From an uncultured delta proteobacterium (lineage in GTDB: Bacteria > Myxococcota_A > Polyangia > Polyangiales > Polyangiaceae), in NCBI GenBank assembly GCA_963841435.1, contig CAWJCS010000004.1, positions 1 to 64,000 on the forward strand: 64,000 nucleotides of DNA, written 5' to 3'. Shown one piece after another: positions 22,034 to 34,082 of the stretch. The position numbers and the translations under genes were made by a program. The number at the start of each line of letters is the position of its first letter. Position 1 is the first letter of the stretch. The notes below the pieces were generated by a model that saw only the letters and a list, made by a program, of their open reading frames with translations, made no database searches and had not been told where the DNA came from.

Positions 22034-22786
22034 TCACTCGTAGAACCACACGTCGTCGATCCAGAGGTCGAAAGGGTGGTCAGGATCGATGGACCATTCG
22101 AGGGTATAGAGGTTCGCCGTGTCGAGCGCGTCGGCCTGGTACCCCCAACCCTCGCGCTGCATGATCTCGCTGAAGTCGAGCGTGAGCTTCTGCCATTCGG
22201 TTCCGAGCGTCGCGAGCGGCATCCCGAAGCCGTTGTAGCACTCGTCGGGCGCGCCCGACGCGGGGTTGCAGACGCCGCCGAGCGGGTACGTGCTCGAATC
22301 CTGCAGCTGGACGCGGATCGGCGCCGTGCTCTCCTTGCCGGCGCGCGCGTAGAACGTGATGCCGCGGAAAGCGCTCGCATCGAACGGAGTCACGTCGGAC
22401 GTGTAGCGGAACGTCACCGAAATCACGGAGCCCCAGTCCGTGAATCCGCTGCCGCGCACGTGCATCGCGTACCGGCTGTCGCAGCGACCGCCGACGATGT
22501 GCTCGGCGCTCGGCGCCTGCTCGGCCGGGGGCTCGACCTCGCCGCCGGCCGTGCCGTCGGTCGAGACCCACCAGCCGCCGTTGCGGATACCGGTCGTCGC
22601 GGCGAGCCCGTCGCCGTCTTCCATGTCGTCGATGAGCATCGTCGGGTCGACGAGGAGGCGCTTTTCGCAGGCGGGCTCGGTGCTCGAGTCGGTTTCGGCG
22701 GGAGCGGGCTCGCTCGCACCCGAGCAGCCGAGCGCAGCCAGGGCGAGCAACCCGGCCACACCTGTGCGGAGGTGGCATCGTCTCAT
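22034..22786 (-). CDS. Lipoprotein with carbohydrate-binding (CBM11/CIA30-like) domain
   Basis: Lipobox ALGC; LIDDMEDG, FDASAFRGITF and FDLWIDDV motifs. Confidence 0.75.
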   Translation of the reverse strand: MRRCHLRTGVAGLLALAALGCSGASEPAPAETDSSTEPACEKRLLVDPTMLIDDMEDGDGLAATTGIRNGGWWVSTDGTAGGEVEPPAEQAPSAEHIVGGRCDSRYAMHVRGSGFTDWGSVISVTFRYTSDVTPFDASAFRGITFYARAGKESTAPIRVQLQDSSTYPLGGVCNPASGAPDECYNGFGMPLATLGTEWQKLTLDFSEIMQREGWGYQADALDTANLYTLEWSIDPDHPFDLWIDDVWFYE

Positions 22787-23100
22787 GCCTCCGAGCATCG
22801 CATGCTGGGTGCCGCGGTTCGAAGGAGGTTTGGCGAAGGCGGCGGTCATGGAGCGCTGGAAAGCAATCCACGTGCCTGCGCCCGCGCCGCTCCCGCGCCC
22901 CGCTCTGCTCGAGAAAGCCTTGTGGAACAGGGGCCCCAAAGGGCGCGGCACGCACGCGGCCTGCCAGGCGGACGTCCGCGGACGCTCCGCGGCCGTCGTC
23001 GCGCCACGTGTCACCCACGCGACGCGGCCGAGCGCTCCGGGAGGACGCCAGGTGACGCGAGCCCCGCCCGAGCGCCCGTGCTATCTCGCGCCCCGGTGCC

Positions 23101-24285
23101 ATGACCGTTTCGCCGGTTCCGGGATTTCGCTTCGCCGCCGTCGCCTCTGGGATCAGAAAAGACGGGCGCATCGATACCGCGCTCGCCGTCGCCGATCGTC
23201 CGGTGGTCGTGGCGGGGGTGGTCACGAAGAATCGCGTCAAGGCGGCGCCAGTGCTCGTCGCCGAAGACCGACTGCGCGCGGGTCTGTCGCGCGGCGTGCT
23301 CGCCAACAGCGGCTGCGCGAACGCCTGCACGGGGGAGGCCGGGCTCGTCGCCGCGCGTCGCGCCACCGATGCCGTTGCGCGAGCGCTGGGCGCCGGCGAG
23401 ACCGAGCTCTTGCCGGCGTTGACCGGCGTGATCGGCGCGCTCTTGCCCGCCGAGCGCATCGTCGAGCGCGCGGGCGAGCTCGTCCTGCGTCTCGCTCCGG
23501 ACCGCATCGAGGAGTTCGCCCGGGCGATCTGCACGACCGATCGCTGGCCGAAGCTCGCGGAGGGGAGGCTCGAAGGCCCCGACGGCCGCGCGACGCTCGT
23601 TGGTGTCGCCAAGGGTGCCGGGATGATCCACCCGGATCTCGGGCCGCCCCACGCGACGATGCTCGCGTTCCTCTTCACCGACGCCGTGATCGACCAAGAG
23701 GCGCTGCAGTCGGCGCTCGAGCGAGCCGCCGACGAGACGTTCAACCAGGTGACCGTCAACGGTGACACGAGCACGAACGACATCGTGCTCGCGTTCGCTT
23801 CCGGCGCCTCGGGTTTCCGCGCGTCCGCTTCGGCGCTCTCAGGCACGCTTCACGGCGTGTGCAGCTCGCTCGCGCGTTCGATGGTGCGCGACGGCGAGGG
23901 TGCGGAGCACGCCGTTAACATCCGGGTTTCGGGCCTCGCAACCCACGACGAAGCGCGGCAGGTTGCTCGCACCGTCGCAACGTCGCTGCTCGTGAAGACC
24001 GCGCTCTTCGGGCGGGACGCGAACTGGGGGCGGCTGCTCGCGGCCGCGGGGCGCGCCGGCGTCGCCTTCGACCCGAACGTCGCGAGCGTCGTGATTGCGG
24101 GCGTCGAGGTGGCGCGCGGCGGCGTGGCCGTGGGTTCCGACGCGGAGAACGAGGCGCAGCGCCGCATGGCGGCCGAGACGTATACCGTCGAGCTCGAGCT
24201 CGGGTCGGGGCCGGGCAAGTCGGCCACCGTCACGAGCGACATCGGGCACGGTTACGTCAACGTGAACGCTGGCTACCGCTCGTGA
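23101..24285 (+). CDS. argJ: Bifunctional ornithine acetyltransferase / N-acetylglutamate synthase
   Basis: NSGCANACTG, KGAGMIHP, ATML, GDTSTND and RDGEGA motifs. Confidence 0.95.
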   Translation: MTVSPVPGFRFAAVASGIRKDGRIDTALAVADRPVVVAGVVTKNRVKAAPVLVAEDRLRAGLSRGVLANSGCANACTGEAGLVAARRATDAVARALGAGETELLPALTGVIGALLPAERIVERAGELVLRLAPDRIEEFARAICTTDRWPKLAEGRLEGPDGRATLVGVAKGAGMIHPDLGPPHATMLAFLFTDAVIDQEALQSALERAADETFNQVTVNGDTSTNDIVLAFASGASGFRASASALSGTLHGVCSSLARSMVRDGEGAEHAVNIRVSGLATHDEARQVARTVATSLLVKTALFGRDANWGRLLAAAGRAGVAFDPNVASVVIAGVEVARGGVAVGSDAENEAQRRMAAETYTVELELGSGPGKSATVTSDIGHGYVNVNAGYRS

Positions 24286-24653
24286 CGCAGCGTGAGCCCG
24301 TGCTCGGTCTCGCGGCGCTGGCTCTTTGGGGCTCGCTCGCCGCGTGCGCCCCCGAGCACGGAACGATTGGCGCCATTCTGGGTCAGGACGGCGAGGGGCA
24401 CCTGTACGTGCGCGAGGTCGCGTCGGGGCTCGCTGCCGAGCAGGTCGACGTGCACGCCGGCGACGAGATCCTGCTCATCGACGGGCGCGACGCCCGCGCG
24501 ATGAGCCCATCGGCCGTGCACGACGCCCTCGGCGGTACGGTCGGCGCGAAGGTCCGGCTGACCCTGGTGCGCGACGGCCGCATCGTTCGCGTCACGCTGT
24601 CCCGGACGGCCGCTCCGCGAGGCGCTGCTGCGGCGAAGACCCAGTCCGAATGA
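24282..24653 (+). CDS. PDZ-domain lipoprotein
   Basis: Lipobox LAAC; GTIGA...GDEILLIDG. Confidence 0.8.
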   Translation: MTQREPVLGLAALALWGSLAACAPEHGTIGAILGQDGEGHLYVREVASGLAAEQVDVHAGDEILLIDGRDARAMSPSAVHDALGGTVGAKVRLTLVRDGRIVRVTLSRTAAPRGAAAAKTQSE

Positions 24654-24740
24654 CCCTTGATTTCAGGGCTTCGGGCCCCCAGGACCATCGGCCGGAAACC
24701 CCCTCATCCGCCGCAAAAGCGTGCTAGCTTCCGCCGAGCT

Positions 24741-26036
24741 ATGAATTACCTGTTCACTTCCGAGTCCGTCACCGAGGGTCACCCGGACAAGATCTGCGAC
24801 GCCGTGTCCGATGCCGTGCTCGACGCTGCGCTGGCCGGCGATCCCGCGAGCCGCGTTGCCTGCGAGACGTTATGCAAGACCGGTTTCGTCGTGGTGGCGG
24901 GCGAGATCACCACGAAGAGCACGATCGACTTCGGCAAGCTCGCCCGGCAGGTGATCAAGGACATCGGGTACACCGATTCCTCCATGGGCTTCGACTACGA
25001 GACCTGCGGCATTCTGACGGCCGTGGAGCCCCAGTCCCCCGACATCTCTCAGGGCGTGACGGAGGGAGAGGGCCTGTTCAAGGAGCAGGGTGCCGGCGAC
25101 CAGGGCCTCATGTTCGGCTACGCGAGCGACGAGACGCCCGAGCTCATGCCTGCGCCAATCATGTACGCGCACGCCCTCACGCGGACGCTTGCCCAGGTGC
25201 GCAAGGCCGGCAAAGTCGATTTCTTGCGTCCGGACGGGAAGTCCCAGGTGACGCTCGAGTACGAAAATGACCGCCCGAAGCGCATCGAGACCGTCGTCGT
25301 CTCGACCCAGCACGCCCCCTCCGTGAAGCACAAGACGCTCAAGGAAGCCGTCATGGAGCTGGTCGTAAAAAAGGCGCTCCCGAAGAAGCTCGTCGACAAC
25401 AAGACCAAGTACTTCATCAACCCCACGGGGCGCTTCGTGATCGGCGGCCCCTTCGGCGACGCGGGCCTCACGGGGCGCAAGATCATCGTCGATACCTACG
25501 GCGGCATGGGTCGCCACGGCGGCGGTGCCTTCAGCGGCAAGGATCCGTCGAAGGTCGATCGCTCCGCCTGCTATTACGCTCGCTACGTTGCCAAGAACAT
25601 CGTCGCCTCGGGCGTGGCAACGAAATGCGAGGTCCAGGTGGCGTACGCCATCGGCGTGGCGAAGCCCATGGGCGTCTACGTGCAAACCTTTGGCACGGGC
25701 AAGGTCGACGACCACAAGCTCGCTGCTTACGTCGCCGAGCACTTCGACATGCGGCCGCGCGCGCTCATCGCAGAGCTCGATCTCCTCAGGCCCATCTACC
25801 GCGCGACGTCGGCGTACGGCCACTTCGGGCGGCCGGAGTTCAGCTGGGAGCGGACCGATCGTGCCGAGGACATTGCCGCCGACCTGCTCGGGGCGCCGCG
25901 TAAGGCCAAGCGCGCGAGCGCGGCCCGCGCGAACGGCGCGCATCGCACGAACGGCACGGCCAACGGCGTCCGCAAGCTCAACGGCCTCGCCGAAAAGAAG
26001 TCGCGCGGCGGCACCTCTCGCAGCGAACGAGCCTGA
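24741..26036 (+). CDS. metK: S-adenosylmethionine synthetase
   Basis: [19 protein letters not shown] and [16 protein letters not shown] motifs. Confidence 0.98.
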   Translation: MNYLFTSESVTEGHPDKICDAVSDAVLDAALAGDPASRVACETLCKTGFVVVAGEITTKSTIDFGKLARQVIKDIGYTDSSMGFDYETCGILTAVEPQSPDISQGVTEGEGLFKEQGAGDQGLMFGYASDETPELMPAPIMYAHALTRTLAQVRKAGKVDFLRPDGKSQVTLEYENDRPKRIETVVVSTQHAPSVKHKTLKEAVMELVVKKALPKKLVDNKTKYFINPTGRFVIGGPFGDAGLTGRKIIVDTYGGMGRHGGGAFSGKDPSKVDRSACYYARYVAKNIVASGVATKCEVQVAYAIGVAKPMGVYVQTFGTGKVDDHKLAAYVAEHFDMRPRALIAELDLLRPIYRATSAYGHFGRPEFSWERTDRAEDIAADLLGAPRKAKRASAARANGAHRTNGTANGVRKLNGLAEKKSRGGTSRSERA

Positions 26037-26090
26037 GCCGCACGACTCCCCGCGCCGCGCGGCGCCGTGCGGCCTCGTCGGGGCGAGCCG

Positions 26091-27018
26091 TCAGCCGCGC
26101 ACGCAGTTGCGGCCGGAGGCCTTGGCTTCGTAGAGCTTGGCGTCCGCGCGCTCGTAGAGCGCCTGGAGCTGGTCGTCGTCGCTGCCACCGTGCTCGGAGA
26201 CGCCGACGCTCACGGAGACCGCGAGCCGCTTGCCCTCGAAGCTGAAGAGGTGCTTCTCCGTGGCGACGCGCACGCCCTCGGCGAGCTTGCGCATGTCGGT
26301 GGCGCCGTGCCCTTCCCAGAGCACCGCGAACTCTTCACCGCCGACGCGGCCGAACACGACGTCCTCCGGCATGGCCTCGCGGGCGACCGAGCAGAGCTCG
26401 CAGAGCACGCCGTCGCCGACCACGTGGCCGTGAGTGTCGTTGATGCGCTTGAAGTGGTCGAGGTCGAACACCATGAGCGAAAGCGGCCCCGTACCAACGG
26501 TTTGTGCGGCGCGCCGCAGGCTTTCGTTGAACTGGCGCTTGTTGAAGATGCCCGTGAGCGCGTCGTAGCGCATCAGGCGCTGGAACTCCTCGTGGTACGC
26601 GGCTTCGATGTTGCCGCCCGCGAGGTACTTGAGCAGGACCTTGCCGATCTGAAGTCGGTCGCCGTCGCGCAGCTCGTGGGTCCGCACGCGCGAGCCGTTG
26701 ACGAACGTGCCGTTGGTCGATCCCAAATCGACGATTCTGGTGCGCCGAGCCCGTCCATTCGACGCGCGCGTGTCGGCGGCTCACGGAGTCGGAGTCGATG
26801 AGCAGCCCGCCCTTGGCGCCGCGTCCGATTTCGACGGGTGCCTCGGCCAAGACGACGCGGCTGCCGAGACACGGCTCCGAAAGGACGATGAGCAGCGCCT
26901 GCTGTTCGCCGGCGAGCTCCACCATCTGCCGCATGTCGCGGGAAACGGTGACTTCCAGCGTGGATTCGTACGCGTCCGGCAAGCTGGGCGAGTGGGGGCG
27001 GGAAGGTCCGGAACCCAT
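26091..27018 (-). CDS. FHA-domain diguanylate cyclase; one frameshift near 26740
   Basis: FHA motifs IGRG, VSRRHA and GSTNGT lie in two frames; GGEEF motif present. Confidence 0.85.
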
Positions 27019-27298
27019 GGTTCTTAGATGCATCCCCCGTGGCCGCGTTTCATGAAGGTCGTGCTCGCGTCTACCGTTGGCCCGAAGAAGAAGGCGAAGT
27101 CCTCAGGCGTAGGGAAAAAACGATGCATCTTGGCCCCTTACGCGAGAAACCCTGCGGGGGCGTCCATATAGCAACCGGGCCTTCGGAGAAAGTCCCTTTG
27201 CACGAAATGCCCGGACGCCTGGCCCATGCCTAGAGTTTGAGCTGGGCGCCAGACGCTCGCCACCCGGAACCAATGTAGGCCCTCACCCTACACGCTGA

Positions 27299-28711
27299 TC
27301 AGATGTCGTAGTAGAGGAAGAATTCGTAGGGCGTGGGGCGCAGGCGCATGGCCTGGACCTCGTTCTCGCGCTTGTAGTCGAGCCACATCTCGATGAGATC
27401 TTTGGTGAAGACGTCGCCCTTCAGCAAAAATTCGTGATCGGCCTCGAGGGCGTCTAGCGACTGCTCGAGCGCCGCGGGCATGCGCGGCACGTCCTTCAGC
27501 TCCTCGGGTGACAGGGAATAGATGTCCTTGTCGAGCGGGTCACCCGGGTCGATCTTGTTCTGAATCCCGTCGAGGCCCGCCATCATCATGGCCGAGAAGG
27601 CTAGGTACGGGTTGCAGCTCGGATCGGGGAAGCGAAGCTCGAGCCGCCGCGCCTTCGGCGACGGCGAGTAAGTAGAAATACGGATCGCCGCCGAGCGGTT
27701 CCGGCTCGAGTAAGCGAGATTCACGGGCGCCTCGAAGCCCGGCACGAGCCTGCGATAGCTGTTCGTCGTCGGATTGGAGATCGCCGCGATCGTGTGAGCG
27801 TGCCTGAGGATGCCGCCGATGTAGTGCAACGCGATGTCCGAAAGCCCGGCGTAGCCGTCGCCTGCGAAGAGCGGCTTGCCGTCCTTCCAGAGCGACTGAT
27901 GGCAGTGCATGCCGTTGCCGTTGTCGCCGAACATCGGCTTGGGCATGAACGTCGCCGTCTTGTCGTTGCGGTGCGCGACGTTCTTCACGATGTGCTTGAA
28001 CCACATCAGCTTGTCCGCCATCCGCACCATGCTGTCGAAGCGCATGTCGATCTCGCCCTGCCCGGCGGTGGCGACCTCGTGATGGCTGACCTCGACTTCG
28101 ATGCCGACCTTCTCCATCTCCAGGCAGATCTCGGTCCGCAGATCCATCTGACTGTCTTGCGGCTGGACCGGGAAGTAACCTTCCTTGTGCCGGATCTTGT
28201 GCCCGAGGTTCGGCCCCTCGTCGCTGCCCGTGTTCCAGACCGCCTCGCTCGAGTCGATCGAATAGAACGCCTCGTTCGAGCCCGCGGCGTAGCGCACGTC
28301 GTCGAAGATGAAGAACTCCGCCTCGGGTCCGAAGTACGCGGTGTCCGCGACGCCCGTGGACTTCAGGTACGCCTCGGCCTTTTGCGCGATGTAGCGCGGA
28401 TCACGCGTGTAACGCTGGTGCGTGATCGTGTCGGTGATCGTGCAGAGTAAGGAGATGGTCGGGTGCTTCGTGAAGGGATCCATCACCGCGGTGGAGGGGT
28501 CCGGCATCAGCAGCATGTCGCTCTGATTGATCGGCTGAAAGCCACGGATCGACGAACCGTCGAAGCCGAAGCCCTCCTCGAAAGCCTCAGGAACGAGGCG
28601 GTGGAACGGCACCGAGGTGTGCTGCCACTTGCCGATCAGGTCGATGAACTTCAAATCGACCATGACCGCCCCGTTCGCTTTCCCGAGATCGATCGCCTTC
28701 TTTGCGTCCAT
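27299..28711 (-). CDS. glnA: Glutamine synthetase type I
   Basis: FDGSSI, HHEVA, FMPKP and NRSAAIR motifs; adenylylation Tyr in DKDIYSL. Confidence 0.98.
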   Translation of the reverse strand: MDAKKAIDLGKANGAVMVDLKFIDLIGKWQHTSVPFHRLVPEAFEEGFGFDGSSIRGFQPINQSDMLLMPDPSTAVMDPFTKHPTISLLCTITDTITHQRYTRDPRYIAQKAEAYLKSTGVADTAYFGPEAEFFIFDDVRYAAGSNEAFYSIDSSEAVWNTGSDEGPNLGHKIRHKEGYFPVQPQDSQMDLRTEICLEMEKVGIEVEVSHHEVATAGQGEIDMRFDSMVRMADKLMWFKHIVKNVAHRNDKTATFMPKPMFGDNGNGMHCHQSLWKDGKPLFAGDGYAGLSDIALHYIGGILRHAHTIAAISNPTTNSYRRLVPGFEAPVNLAYSSRNRSAAIRISTYSPSPKARRLELRFPDPSCNPYLAFSAMMMAGLDGIQNKIDPGDPLDKDIYSLSPEELKDVPRMPAALEQSLDALEADHEFLLKGDVFTKDLIEMWLDYKRENEVQAMRLRPTPYEFFLYYDI

Positions 28712-28760
28712 GCCCTTCTATTCTCCTCCTAGACGGCTTACCGCGCGCCAACGGCGCGGG

Positions 28761-29270
<510 letters not shown>

Positions 29271-29377
29271 TTATGCACCCTCCAGCCACCACCGGCCTGG
29301 GGGCCGGTCTCGCCGGTCGGCTATGGTAGGCACCGGCGCCGAGAACCCGAGGCCCGGGTGGCCGGTTGTCTTCGAAG

Positions 29378-31960
29378 ATGGCGGTCCAAAACAAGTCCAA
29401 CGTGCCGATCGGCACCGTGCTCGCGGGAAAGTTCAGTGTCACCCGCGAGATCGGTCGCGGAGGCATGGCCGCTGTTTACGAAGCCGAGAACATCGACATC
29501 GGTAAGCGCGTCGCGGTGAAGGTGCTCGCCGCCGAGCTCATCACGTCGCGCGTCGTCAGGGAGCGTTTCATTCGCGAAGCGCGCGCCGCCTCGGCCGTGA
29601 GAAGCCCTCACATTTGCGACGTGTACGACTCGGGCATGTACGAGGAGCGGCCGTTCCTCGTGATGGAGCTGCTCGAAGGCGAAAGCTTGTACGACATGCT
29701 GACCCGGCTTCGGCGAATCGATCCGGAGACGGTGTTGAACATCGCGACGCAGACGTCGCGCGGGCTCGGCAAGGCGCACGAAGCCAACATCGTCCACCGC
29801 GATCTCAAGCCCGAGAACATCTTCGTCAGTCGCGACGAGGACGGCAAGCTCAGCGTCAAGCTGCTCGATTTCGGCCTCGCCAAGTTCTACGAACCCACGA
29901 ACGACGGCGATCCGAAGACGGTGCGCCTCACGCGCGAGGGCGCGCTGTTCGGTACGCCCGCCTACATGAGCCCCGAGCAGGCCAAGGGCCAGGGCGAGGT
30001 CGATCACCGCTCGGATCTTTGGGCGCTCGGCTGCATCGTCTACGAGTGCATCACGGGGCAGACGGTGTGGAGCGTCGAGCAAGGCGTCGCGATGATCCTG
30101 GCGCAGGTCGCTAGCGCTCCCGTGCCGCGGCCGTCGCGGCTTCGTTCGGACCTGCCGCTTTCCTTCGACGTCTGGTTTGCCAAGGCGCTCGATCGAGATC
30201 CCGACAAACGCTTCCAATCCGCGCGCGAGCTGGCCGACGCGCTCCAGACCGCGCTGCGCTCCACGGACAGCGACCCGCTGCCGACCGCCCAGAGCACGCG
30301 GCAGCAGAGCTTCCACTCGGACGCCGAGGCCGTGCAGATCGATCAGCTGATGGCGGGCGAGCTGGCCCCCTCGTCGGCGAGGGCCGGGGCGGAGCCGCTG
30401 TCCGCGTCCGACGACGGTTCGGACGCCGTCACGCCCGGGCCCGTCGTCACCGAGCCGCCGCGCACGAGCGGCATCCCGGCGCTGCTGATCGCCGCGGTGG
30501 TCATGCTCGGCGGTTACGCGTTCTGGCTCAAGGTGCTGCACCCTGCGGGTGAGCGGGACCGTACCAGGGCGGCGGCTCCCGTGCTGCCGAGCGGGTCCGC
30601 GAGCGTGGTACCCGTGGCGTCGGCCGAGGAGGCGAGCGACCCCGATACCGAGCCGTTCGCCCAGCTCGTGCGGCAGGCGCAGGGACTTTTCCGCGGCGAT
30701 CAGGGGGAGGCCATCGAGAAGTTCAAGGCGGCCTACGCCCTCGGCTCGGCGAGCCCGGCGCGCTCGCTTTTGTCTCACGCGAGCGTCGCCGTCGACGAAG
30801 CGACGCGCGGCGGCTGTCGCGTCGTTTCGATCTCGCGGCCCCGCCCCTATCTCATCGAGCAGGCGGCGTCGCTTCCGGCCATTTTGCAGACGACCCAGGG
30901 GACGTTACTCGCCTGGGTCGACAATCACGCCGACGCCAAGAAACGTCAGGGGCACGTCGTGCTCCTCGACGAGGCGCTGCGCCGCCGCGGTGATCCGCTC
31001 GCCATCACGCCCGAGGCGAGCAGCGTGCAAGCCCTCGACCTCTATCCCGCGGGCGATCGCGTCGCGCTCGTCTACTCGGACGAGGGCGGCAAGCAGCCCG
31101 GCATCTTTCTTCGCGAGCTCGGCCTCGACGGCCGCATCGCAAGCCCCGCCGTTCGCCTGACGCGCGCCAAGCCGGCCGATCGCCGCGTCGTCTTGACGCC
31201 CCCGAGCGACGGCAAACGATTCGTCGTGTGGCTCGAGCCCGCGTCGTCGGGCGGCACCGACGTCATGGCGGCCGTGCTCGGACCGGGGCTCGAAGTGCAG
31301 GGCGAGCCGAAGCGGCTCACGGCGCTACCGGGCATCAAGGGCTTGTCCGAGCGCGCGCAGGGCGTCGCCGCCACGCTGTCCCGGGTCGGCCTCGAGGTCG
31401 GGTTCGCGCTCGAGCTCCCGGGATCGCGCTCCGAGGTCACGCTGCTCACCACGCCGCTCGCCGTGCTCGCTTCCTCCGCGGGCGTCGAGGCTCCGAAGCC
31501 GGGCAAGCACGGCAAGGCCGAACGCGAGCCCGCCGCGCTCGGAACGTTGCGGACGATCGCCAAGGTGGTCGGGCGCGCTCCCGAGCCGCGCCTAGCATGT
31601 GAGAACGAGGGGTGCCTCCTTACGTGGGACGAGGAGAATGGCGGCGCGTTCGTCGCCTTCTTGCAGCACGGTCGCACGCAACCGCTCTGGCACCGCCAGT
31701 TCGCGCCGCGCGGCACGCGCCCCGTGCTCGCGGGCGACGCGCAGGGCATCGGTGTCGCGTGGTTCGAGGACTCGCGCCTCAGGCTCGCGCCCGCGGGTCG
31801 CGACGGGGTCGCGACGCCGAGCGTCGTCAACCGCGTCAACGGACTGCAGCCGGCCCCCGCGGTGACGCGGGGGGCTCGCCCGGGCGAATGGCTCGTGGCG
31901 TGGCGAGATTACGAGGCCGGACACCTGGAGCTGTTCGCTCTCAGGGCGGAGTGCCCATGA
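29378..31960 (+). CDS. Membrane Ser/Thr protein kinase with large extracytoplasmic domain
   Basis: IGRGGM, VAVK, HRDLKPEN, DFG and YMSPE motifs; one transmembrane segment. Confidence 0.95.
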   Translation: MAVQNKSNVPIGTVLAGKFSVTREIGRGGMAAVYEAENIDIGKRVAVKVLAAELITSRVVRERFIREARAASAVRSPHICDVYDSGMYEERPFLVMELLEGESLYDMLTRLRRIDPETVLNIATQTSRGLGKAHEANIVHRDLKPENIFVSRDEDGKLSVKLLDFGLAKFYEPTNDGDPKTVRLTREGALFGTPAYMSPEQAKGQGEVDHRSDLWALGCIVYECITGQTVWSVEQGVAMILAQVASAPVPRPSRLRSDLPLSFDVWFAKALDRDPDKRFQSARELADALQTALRSTDSDPLPTAQSTRQQSFHSDAEAVQIDQLMAGELAPSSARAGAEPLSASDDGSDAVTPGPVVTEPPRTSGIPALLIAAVVMLGGYAFWLKVLHPAGERDRTRAAAPVLPSGSASVVPVASAEEASDPDTEPFAQLVRQAQGLFRGDQGEAIEKFKAAYALGSASPARSLLSHASVAVDEATRGGCRVVSISRPRPYLIEQAASLPAILQTTQGTLLAWVDNHADAKKRQGHVVLLDEALRRRGDPLAITPEASSVQALDLYPAGDRVALVYSDEGGKQPGIFLRELGLDGRIASPAVRLTRAKPADRRVVLTPPSDGKRFVVWLEPASSGGTDVMAAVLGPGLEVQGEPKRLTALPGIKGLSERAQGVAATLSRVGLEVGFALELPGSRSEVTLLTTPLAVLASSAGVEAPKPGKHGKAEREPAALGTLRTIAKVVGRAPEPRLACENEGCLLTWDEENGGAFVAFLQHGRTQPLWHRQFAPRGTRPVLAGDAQGIGVAWFEDSRLRLAPAGRDGVATPSVVNRVNGLQPAPAVTRGARPGEWLVAWRDYEAGHLELFALRAECP

Positions 31961-32577
31961 AACAGCAGAAGCCCGAGCGACCCTTGTCCCACCCGCCCAC
32001 GCACGGGCTCACCTTCCCCTCGCGCCTTTCGCTGCGACGCACGCCGCCGTCGACGGGCCGCGTGCTGCTCATCCCGGTTGACGCGACGGACGGGCCCGAG
32101 CTCTGGGAAGCGGTCGAGGGCTCGCGCTGGCACCTCGAGCGCTGGCTGCCCTGGGTGCCGTTCAACTCCTCGCCCGACGCGAGCCTGCGCTACGCCGAGG
32201 CGTGTGCCGTCGACTGGGACGCGGGGCGCGCGGCTCGCTTCGCGCTACGCGACCGCTCGACGAACGAGCTGCTCGGCGTCGTGGGCCTCGACTCGTGCGT
32301 GCACCTGCACCGCTCGTCCGAGCTCGGCTACTGGCTGCGCCGCGAGCACACGGGGCGCGGGCTGATGACCGAAGCGGCGCGCGCGTGCGTCGAGTTCGCC
32401 TTCCAGCGCATGGGCATGCACCGCGTGCGCTGTGCGGCAGCGACCGACAACGCGCCGAGCTTGCGCGTCATCTCGCGCCTCGGGTTCCGCTTCGAGGGCA
32501 TCGCGCGCGAGGCGGAGTGGGTGGGGTCGCGCTGGCTCGACCATGCGCTCTTCGCCAAGCTGGCGACGGACGAGTGA
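31957..32577 (+). CDS. GNAT N-acetyltransferase (RimJ/RimL type)
   Basis: ELGYWL...GRGLMTEA and N..SLRVI.RLGFRFEG motifs. Confidence 0.9.
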   Translation: MKQQKPERPLSHPPTHGLTFPSRLSLRRTPPSTGRVLLIPVDATDGPELWEAVEGSRWHLERWLPWVPFNSSPDASLRYAEACAVDWDAGRAARFALRDRSTNELLGVVGLDSCVHLHRSSELGYWLRREHTGRGLMTEAARACVEFAFQRMGMHRVRCAAATDNAPSLRVISRLGFRFEGIAREAEWVGSRWLDHALFAKLATDE

Positions 32578-34082
32578 GCGGGCCACGCGGGAGGCAGATT
32601 TTCAGCCGCTTCGGCGGCCGCTGGCCGCCGTTCGTGGTGCTCGCTCCGACGCTCGTGGTGGCGTTCGGCCTGCTGCTCGGCGTGGGCATCGGCACTTTGG
32701 GCCTGCGCGAGCTCCGCCACCAGGGCGACGCGGGCGCGTCCCGCAACAGCGAGCTGCTCGCCAAGATGCTCGCGGCGCGCCTGGGCGCCATCCCGAGCGA
32801 ACACTGGCAGCCCGTGCTCGAGCTTGCCGCGCTGCGCTCGGGCGCCGAGCTCTTGCTCGCCGCCAGTGACGGCCAGGTCGCGATCGATCTCACGCGCGGG
32901 GTCGGCGCGGCGCCGGACATTCGCGAGCTCATCGACGAGAGGACGGGCGAAGCCATCACCAAGCTCGGACGCACGCGCTTCCACGCCCAGCACTTGCCAC
33001 GGCCGTTCCAGGCGCTGTCCCTGCTCGCCTTCGTGAGCGTGCCCGAGGCGCCGTTCGCGACGAGCTCGCTCATTCGCTCGGTGGCCGCGTTGACGGCGCT
33101 GCTCGTCGGCGCGGCGGGCCTCGTGGCATTCGCGCTCGCGCGCGACGTGCACGCCGACGTGCGTTTCGTGATGATTCGCATCGCGCGCATGGCGCGCGCC
33201 AAGAATCAGCCTGCCGGGCAGACGATCCCCGTCGGCTCCGTCGACCAGGTGGGCGCCCTCGCGAGCGCCTTCAACGTGCTCGTGGAGCGCTTCGCGGCGG
33301 CCGAGCGCGCTTATCGTCAGGATCTCACCGGGGCGCTCGCCTACGACCACGACCGGAGCGCGTTCCTCGCGGCACTCAGCCACGAGCTTCGCACGCCGCT
33401 CAACGCCATCCTCGGCTTCACGGACGTGCTTCTCTCGGAGGTGGACGGCCCGCTCAGCGCCGACGCCCGCGAGGGGCTGACGGTGGTGCGCAAGAGCGGC
33501 CAGCACCTGCGCGCGCTCATCGACGACATCCTCGACCTTTCCGCGCTCGAATCGGGCGAGCTCCGCCTGAGCCCCGGTCCCGTCGACGTTGCGGGCGTCA
33601 CGGCCGACGTCGTGCGCGAGGCGCGCGTGGCCGCCGAGGCCAAGGGGCTCACGCTGACGCTCGAGGGTGCCCGTGCGACAGCCTGGGCCGACGAGCGCCG
33701 CGTGCGGCAGATCATCGGCAATGTCGTCGGCAACGCCGTGAAATACACCGATTCGGGCGGCGTCGCGGTGCGCGTGAGCCCGGGGCCGGTCGAGGCCACG
33801 GTGTCCGTCCGCGACAGCGGCCCCGGCATCGCGCCGGAGGACCACGAATCGATCTTCCAGGAATACTGGCAAACGCGCGAGGCGGCGCGCCGGCGCGCCG
33901 GCACCGGGCTCGGCCTCGCCATCGCGCGACGCCTCGTCGAGATGCACGGCGGACACATCGAGCTCACGAGCGCGCTCGGCGAGGGCTCGACATTTTCCAT
34001 CGCGCTGCCCATCGACGCGCCGCCCGAATCGCGGCGTGATCGCTCACAGCCGCGCACGCTGCGCCCCTCGGAGCCGCCGTGA
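32574..34082 (+). CDS. Membrane sensor histidine kinase
   Basis: H box SHELRTPLN, N box NAVKY, G1 DSGPGI, G2 GTGLGL. Confidence 0.93.
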   Translation: MSGPRGRQIFSRFGGRWPPFVVLAPTLVVAFGLLLGVGIGTLGLRELRHQGDAGASRNSELLAKMLAARLGAIPSEHWQPVLELAALRSGAELLLAASDGQVAIDLTRGVGAAPDIRELIDERTGEAITKLGRTRFHAQHLPRPFQALSLLAFVSVPEAPFATSSLIRSVAALTALLVGAAGLVAFALARDVHADVRFVMIRIARMARAKNQPAGQTIPVGSVDQVGALASAFNVLVERFAAAERAYRQDLTGALAYDHDRSAFLAALSHELRTPLNAILGFTDVLLSEVDGPLSADAREGLTVVRKSGQHLRALIDDILDLSALESGELRLSPGPVDVAGVTADVVREARVAAEAKGLTLTLEGARATAWADERRVRQIIGNVVGNAVKYTDSGGVAVRVSPGPVEATVSVRDSGPGIAPEDHESIFQEYWQTREAARRRAGTGLGLAIARRLVEMHGGHIELTSALGEGSTFSIALPIDAPPESRRDRSQPRTLRPSEPP

